Source of the DNA: an uncultured Ignavibacteria bacterium
GTDB taxonomy: Bacteria; Zixibacteria; MSB-5A5; WJJR01; JAJRUJ01
Length of the DNA: 64,000 nucleotides
Direction of reading: 5' to 3'
NCBI GenBank assembly: GCA_964461835.1
Contig: CAYWVO010000014.1
Span: 6,977-70,976 of the forward strand
The first letter of the stretch is position 1. Every line of letters begins with the position of its first letter. The position numbers and the translations under genes were made by a program. The notes below the pieces were generated by a model, which searched no databases, was not told the DNA's origin, and worked only from the letters and a program-made list of their open reading frames with translations. Positions 59,401 to 64,000 of this stretch are shown here, piece after piece.

Positions 59401-62100
59401 TGGTTGTCGGTCACTCCTACGGATGGCAGTCTGCCGGGCCAAGTTGAAGTCTGTGTCGATCCGGCGGGACTGACGACGGGCACGTATACGGATTCGATCT
59501 GCCTCACTTTCGACGAGGCGTGTGGCAATCCTAGCAAAGCTACCGTACCACCGCCATGCACCTGGGTACCGGTAACATTGAATGTTACGGAAAACCTGGG
59601 TATCTTCCGATTGAGTGACGGTGTGATTATTCTGGACGTAACCACCAATGATTGTGAACCGGGCGTTGTAGCCAGCGAGATACTCAGCATCACCAATGCC
59701 GGCGAGGGCCTGATCAACTGGACCGCCGAATGGAAGGTAGAATGGCTGACCGTTTCCCCGCCTGCCGGCACGACACCGTCCGATGTGGAAATTATCGTCG
59801 ACGGCACCGGTTACGAACCGGGCACCTACGCCGACACCATCAAGCTGTACGGTAATGCCGTCAACTCGCCCCAGTACGTCATCGCTCACATGAGTGTCTT
59901 CCCCTGTGCGGAAGGCGACACGGTGTGGGTCGGACAGGTGGCCGGTAATGCCGGTAGCGAAGTCGTGGTGCCGGTCGAATTCAAGAACTCAGTCGAATTA
60001 ACCGGGATCTCCGTCCCGTTGAAATATTCCTCCGATGATGTAGTTGCCATTTCCGGTGACTTTACCGGCTCGCGGGTTGAGTATCTTGACGAAGATCATC
60101 GCCTTGTGAATATCGATACCGATAATCGGACAATTTGTATAGCTGCGTTTCCATTTACAGAAGAGCTGATTCCGGTCGGTGAAGGATTGTTGGTCAACTT
60201 GCATTTCACCATTATGCAGGATGCCTGTCCCGATCCGTCACCGGTCACGATCAATTCGATGGCGATTGAACCGGGATGTGACTTTCTTTTCACCGATGTT
60301 CTCGCGAACGGTATCGTGCCGGAATTCTTTGCCGGAGAAATCGATATCACCTGCCTGACCGGTATAACCGGTTGTATCGAAGACGAAGGCGGTTTAGCGG
60401 TTGATGGTTGTGTGCAGGTGTGGGATACCTATCCGACTGGTACAATTCTCAATGAAATCTGCGCGGGTGAAAGTGGATGCTTCTTTGTTGAAGTACCCGT
60501 AGGTATCTATGACGTCCGTATCCTCCGTGAAGGATATTGTACCGAGGTCTTTGAGGGAATCGAAAGCCCGTCGGATATGGGTACCGTGGTACTCGAAGCC
60601 GTTGAGGAACCGTACATTACGCCGTACGTTGCCGATTACTGGAGCAACGACGCCCTGTATATTGACCAGCCGCTGGTCGAAGGCGATGTGATCATTGCCA
60701 AGGACCCGGACGATGTCACCTGCGGCGTGGCGTATGTCGACAGCGACGGCAACTTCCTGATCCACGTGACCGGTGATGACGAAGATGCCACACCGACGAT
60801 TGACGAAGGAGCACGGGAAGGCGATGAAATTACGCTGTATCTCAACTGCGAGTGCCCGGTTGTCACCGAAAATCTCTGGGCCAATCATGGATCATTCCAG
60901 GAGAGCCCAGTCTTCTGCGAAGAAATTACGCAAATCGTTGAACTCTGCGACGATTGGACCTTTATTTCATACAATGTGGAAGTGGAGGATCAGGCAGTAG
61001 GCAATGTTCTGGCGGATATCGACGGTTTCTATGAGCGTGTGATCAGCTCGACCTGTGAGGCCGGCGCGGTAACCTGGGATGCCGCCCGTCCGGAACACCT
61101 CAACGACTTAAATTCGATGGACAACGAACACGGTTACTGGGTATACGCACCGGGTGTCATTGAAGTCTCCATTACGGGTACGCCGTTAGCCGCAGACCTG
61201 CCGCTGGAGCTTTGCGCCGGCTGGAATGCGTTATCCTACCTGCCGCCCGAGGAGGACGATATTGATCATGCCTGGGCGACCGCAATGAACGAATTGGTCT
61301 ATGCGATCGGATTTGATTGCGTGGTCGGTGCACTGACCTACGACCCGGTTCGTCCACCGGAACTCAATGACTTGACTTGCCTGAAGCCGGGACATGGATA
61401 TTGGGCTAAATTGGATAACCCAGTCACGCTCACCTATCCGACCTCAGGCTATGAGTGTGCCGAAGATCCGATTTTGCCGAAGGCAGTTAATATCACCTCC
61501 GCCGTGACGCCGACCCCGTGGGTGTGTGACTTCTGGTCTCATGGTGGCCCGGACGGACCGAGCGAGGGCAGTGTCCTGACGGTCCGTGACGAGGATGGCG
61601 TACTCTGCGGTCAGGCCGTGGTCATGAGCGGCGGGATGTTCTTAGTCCACGTATATGGCGACAATCCATACACCGACCGCGACGAGGGTGCCACTGCTGG
61701 ATCAGAGCTTTCGTTCACGACCGAGAACATGCGGTTCACGGTTAACGGCCCCACCGAGTGGACCGAACGTGAATCGTTTGAGGTGACGTTGAACCGTTCC
61801 GGTGAGATTGCGGCAGTTCCGACATCATACGAATTGCTGCAAAACTACCCGAATCCGTTCAATCCGAACACCACGATCCAGTTCCGGTTGCCGGAAGCGT
61901 CAGAGATCTCCCTGGAGGTTTTCGACATCCTTGGTCGCAAGGTTCGGGTACTGGCCACCGGGCAGTACGCTGCCGGTGAGCATGAAATCGAATGGGATGG
62001 CCGAATGGAAAGTGGTCGGATGGCAGAAAGCGGTGTTTACTTCTATCGCCTGACCGCTAATACATTCACCGACGTACGCAAAATGACCTTGATTAAATAA
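56488..62100 (+). CDS. Giant (~1,870 aa) T9SS-secreted surface protein: ~10 HYR repeats, two cohesin-like modules, a CarboxypepD_reg-like domain, two copies of a novel DPDGVxCG module, and a C-terminal T9SS sorting domain.
   Basis: Signal peptide. Repeats of the form ITCPxDxxVECD...TATDNCD...ITRTWTATDDxGN (HYR-like). Two cohesin-like segments (VPVCVHFKNCTELGALTVPLIWDPDVV; VVVPVEFKNSVELTGISVPLKYSSDDV). C-terminus NYPNPFNPNTTIQF...GVYFYRL...KMTLIK is a classic type A Por_Secre_tail. ATG 56488 with GGAGG RBS; the ORF is open from 56428. Confidence 0.85.
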   Translation: MRQRLFAYLLILPLLVCATTAHAVWDISIESKSVDPSATDVNVVLTASWDVHLAGLTVPLVARSTQGGAFWTGALPYDTGGVPGSHPYAVGVTWDWVQPWAFLVEEFRSGVPTGDCPTDGDTGYDGVAPDHFVINAAGVSAHPAEPTGRDFLTFTFDVGAAEGTFEFDTACFTDQLPTIFMIDGDFPPTDHGPDGTDETTFTKGIITVGTVSENEAPTIVTCPAGQTVDIAQAVNLTIEATDDGNPDPPGALTIIPTGVPAFLTFTDNGDGTATLVGTPGCADADQAYPMSFVANDGELDSEPCAFTLTVEDTEPPLITCPADITVECDASTDPANTGSATADDNCDETVDITYSDETAAGDCPQATVITRTWTATDDAGNTATCDQTITVDDTTPPVITCPPDIAVECGDPTDPAALGEATATDNCGAVTIDFNDVITPGSCDGEYTITRTWTATDECGNSSSHGQLIDVFDVTAPVLTGCPPDATVECDEIPAPADVTAEDACEGPGIDVVFNEVIDGSTITRTWTAIDDCGNTAECTQILTIADTEAPVITAPDDITVECPSDVPPPAELTATDNCDQDVTIVFAESSDGQTCPETITRTWTATDDSGNETVVTQTITVDDTTPPTLAGVPEDAQYECLGDVPVPADVTAEDNCPNVTLNFEEQSMRECPVTITRSWTATDACGNQVSQTQTITVEDVTEPTITCPADITTGPNDIHPDITGYATATDNCDDEIEITWADSRPNQETIERTWTATDDCGNSSSCFQIITIEEGGICEDDSVWVDHASGLVGETVPVCVHFKNCTELGALTVPLIWDPDVVTLDSIGYDGSRIASYALKADETGIDNANNTVVLFALRVSEPPIPIGQGLMATLFFTLDECSAVPVTIDSTHVEPSGSLLFVDPNGNPIDPGFAAGSITVESGDPSVIPDPTSLTFDATVPGVPPPCQILSVGTQYCGEACFTVSWDASWLSVTPTDGSLPGQVEVCVDPAGLTTGTYTDSICLTFDEACGNPSKATVPPPCTWVPVTLNVTENLGIFRLSDGVIILDVTTNDCEPGVVASEILSITNAGEGLINWTAEWKVEWLTVSPPAGTTPSDVEIIVDGTGYEPGTYADTIKLYGNAVNSPQYVIAHMSVFPCAEGDTVWVGQVAGNAGSEVVVPVEFKNSVELTGISVPLKYSSDDVVAISGDFTGSRVEYLDEDHRLVNIDTDNRTICIAAFPFTEELIPVGEGLLVNLHFTIMQDACPDPSPVTINSMAIEPGCDFLFTDVLANGIVPEFFAGEIDITCLTGITGCIEDEGGLAVDGCVQVWDTYPTGTILNEICAGESGCFFVEVPVGIYDVRILREGYCTEVFEGIESPSDMGTVVLEAVEEPYITPYVADYWSNDALYIDQPLVEGDVIIAKDPDDVTCGVAYVDSDGNFLIHVTGDDEDATPTIDEGAREGDEITLYLNCECPVVTENLWANHGSFQESPVFCEEITQIVELCDDWTFISYNVEVEDQAVGNVLADIDGFYERVISSTCEAGAVTWDAARPEHLNDLNSMDNEHGYWVYAPGVIEVSITGTPLAADLPLELCAGWNALSYLPPEEDDIDHAWATAMNELVYAIGFDCVVGALTYDPVRPPELNDLTCLKPGHGYWAKLDNPVTLTYPTSGYECAEDPILPKAVNITSAVTPTPWVCDFWSHGGPDGPSEGSVLTVRDEDGVLCGQAVVMSGGMFLVHVYGDNPYTDRDEGATAGSELSFTTENMRFTVNGPTEWTERESFEVTLNRSGEIAAVPTSYELLQNYPNPFNPNTTIQFRLPEASEISLEVFDILGRKVRVLATGQYAAGEHEIEWDGRMESGRMAESGVYFYRLTANTFTDVRKMTLIK

Positions 62101-62166
62101 CGTGTATCGAATACAACCCGGCAGGCAGTGTCCAAGCACTGTCTGCCTTGATTGGGGGTACCATTC

Positions 62167-63495
62167 ATGACCGACTTACGAATGCTCATCGCGAGATTCG
62201 CTGTGGTCGGGGTGTGCATTATCGCATTGGTAGGGGTGGCCAATGCACAGCAAATCACGGGCACGGTGATCAAAACCGATCTTTCGCCCATCAAGGACGC
62301 GCACGTCGAAATCTGGACTTCCTACCCGGATGGGATCAAGCTGGATGCGGTCTTTTCCAGCGTCAACGGTGAATTCACTTTCAGTGGATTAGCTTCCGGA
62401 ACCTATGATATCCGCGTCTGGAAAGGCCAGCCGACCGACATGTATTTCCCGGGATATGCCTTTGATGTTGCCTATCCCAGTTCAGATGTTCTGATCATTC
62501 TCACACCGGCGCCGGAAGTGGATCCGACCATCTTTATCTGTGATTATTCGGATGCAGAGGGATTATCCGAATTTGCGGGATACCCACTTCGTCGTGGTGA
62601 TATCATCACGGTGAAGGATCCCGACGGAGTCACCTGTGGCGCAGAAACCAGGATTCAAAGCGATGAGACCGATGGATACTACCAAATCGATATCTACGGC
62701 GATGATCCAGGAACCGAAGACGATGAGGGGCCAATAAATGGCCAGGAATTGACGTTCTTTATCAACAACAAGCCGGCCGATATTGTCGGCACCACGCCGA
62801 TTTTTAAAGACAAGGATTTCTTCAAATTCCCCATCGAAAGTGCGACCAATAACCTGGAGGGGGTCCAGGTTACCGGACCGGCCGACAGACTCGTTTCACC
62901 CGGTGAAATCGTAGATATAACCTTCACGGTGACCAACAAGGGCAACCACGATGATGCATTTGATCTCATGGTGTTGTCTCTTGATGGTAGCTGGTTCGCG
63001 TCGATTCCGGGGGGCGCAGCGACGAGTGTGTTGGGTGCGGGTGCTTCTGAAGATGTGACCGTGCAAGTAGAAGTTCCGATTACGGCGTTTGACGGCGAAG
63101 AAAACAATATCTTCCTGTTCGGGACGTCGCAGGCCAATAACACTATCATTGGTGTCGGGCAGGGAGAACTCATGGCTCAGAGTACGGGAATCTTCGAAGA
63201 AGGAGGTACCGTTCCTGATCAGTACTTTTTGGCCCAGAACCACCCAAATCCGTTTAACCCATCGACCCAGATTTCTTTTGGTTTGCAAACCGGCGGTCAC
63301 ACCACGGTGGTCGTGTACAATCTGCTCGGTCAGCAGGTCCGTAGTCTTGTCGATGAGTATCTGGTTGCGGGTGCACACGTCGTGACCTGGGATGGTACCA
63401 ATATGGATGGCGATATTGTTCCGAGCGGTATTTATTTCTATCGTATCATCTCCGGCAATTTCAGCAAGACCCGCAAGATGGTGCTGATGAAGTAA
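62167..63495 (+). CDS. T9SS-secreted protein: CarboxypepD_reg-like plus a DPDGVTCG module plus a CARDB-like domain plus a C-terminal T9SS sorting domain.
   Basis: Signal peptide. ITGTV...GEFTFSGLASGTYDIRVW (carboxypeptidase regulatory-like). VQVTGPADRLVSPGEIVDITFTVTNKG (CARDB-like). C-terminus HPNPFNPSTQISF...GIYFYRI...KMVLMK. Confidence 0.85.
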   Translation: MTDLRMLIARFAVVGVCIIALVGVANAQQITGTVIKTDLSPIKDAHVEIWTSYPDGIKLDAVFSSVNGEFTFSGLASGTYDIRVWKGQPTDMYFPGYAFDVAYPSSDVLIILTPAPEVDPTIFICDYSDAEGLSEFAGYPLRRGDIITVKDPDGVTCGAETRIQSDETDGYYQIDIYGDDPGTEDDEGPINGQELTFFINNKPADIVGTTPIFKDKDFFKFPIESATNNLEGVQVTGPADRLVSPGEIVDITFTVTNKGNHDDAFDLMVLSLDGSWFASIPGGAATSVLGAGASEDVTVQVEVPITAFDGEENNIFLFGTSQANNTIIGVGQGELMAQSTGIFEEGGTVPDQYFLAQNHPNPFNPSTQISFGLQTGGHTTVVVYNLLGQQVRSLVDEYLVAGAHVVTWDGTNMDGDIVPSGIYFYRIISGNFSKTRKMVLMK

Positions 63496-63577
63496 TTGTT
63501 CTGTCACCCCAGCGCAGGCTGGGGTCCACGGTGGGTGCACAGCACCCACCCTACCACTTGACCAACGAACATTACAA

Positions 63578-63601
63578 CCCCGGCTCCGGCCGGGGTTTTT
63601 T
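63578..63601 (+). terminator. Intrinsic terminator.
   Basis: CCCCGGC-TCCG-GCCGGGG followed by TTTTTT. Confidence 0.75.
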
Positions 63602-63778
63602 CTGTGGGCGGCAGACGTCCCCGTCTGCCCCAGGGCTGTCGGGTGGCCCACATTTATGGTGGGATTTTGTAGGTCGAAACCCCTTAGTCCCCGCCGACGG
63701 CGGGGACGTGGTTTCGACACCAACATTAATCGTGGAATAAAACACCCTGACAAGGTATATTAATAGTGCAAGCATCAC

Positions 63779-63961
63779 TTGTTCAATCGAACTGGCGAGG
63801 GCAACATGAGCAGCGTTCCCCGCATTTTCAGCAAATGGGCAGTGCTTACTGTCACACTGATAATGGTTGCGATCTGGTCGACCGGCTGTAGTGATACCAA
63901 ACCCAGCGAGCCGGGTGCCCCATCCGCTTGCGGTGGGATTAGATTCTGGGTGTGGGGATAG
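63779..63961 (+). CDS. Possible small lipoprotein.
   Basis: Hydrophobic signal plus lipobox WSTGC. Only 60 aa, close to the window edge; weak. Confidence 0.3.
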   Translation: MFNRTGEGNMSSVPRIFSKWAVLTVTLIMVAIWSTGCSDTKPSEPGAPSACGGIRFWVWG

Positions 63962-64000
63962 GCAATTGACTGATTACAAGATAAATTCGGGTGTTTTACC

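Overview
High-GC (~58-60%) bacterial chromosomal window, tightly packed with mostly short operons. Two large cell-surface proteins carrying a type IX secretion C-terminal sorting domain, plus an adjacent PorX/PorY-like two-component pair, point to an FCB-superphylum or candidate-phylum organism. Content in window order: a GWxTD-like lipoprotein (runs off the 5' edge), arsM, a pterin/folate neighbourhood (folB, folK, a deoxynucleoside-kinase-like gene, panB, pterin-4a-carbinolamine dehydratase, folC), dsbD/trxA/rhomboid, accD, the operon porX-tsaE-tsaB-rimI with porY upstream, serS, a PglF/WbpM-like sugar dehydratase, a PilZ-PilT fusion, pyrR-pyrB-pyrC, nth, feoAB, a complete pilB-pilC-3 pilins-pilMN-pilO-pilP-pilQ cluster, trpB2, and a ChlI-like ATPase/VWA pair beside a ParB-fold protein. 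The strongest unusual signal is a HesB/IscA-like gene with an in-frame TGA exactly at the conserved first cysteine (GAG-U-SG), i.e. a probable selenoprotein that the ORF track splits in two. Other points of interest: an aminotransferase-fold protein with no catalytic lysine directly upstream of folBK; a kinase-like protein with a degenerate P-loop translationally coupled to folK; c-di-GMP sensor domains on both pilus motor ATPases; a 1,890-aa HYR/cohesin-like T9SS cargo sharing a novel ~75-aa module with its neighbour; a 600-bp low-GC leader; and a dense hairpin cluster at the 3' end. No rRNA, tRNA or CRISPR array was recognised by eye. All calls rest on reading the translated ORFs and motifs; no database search was possible.
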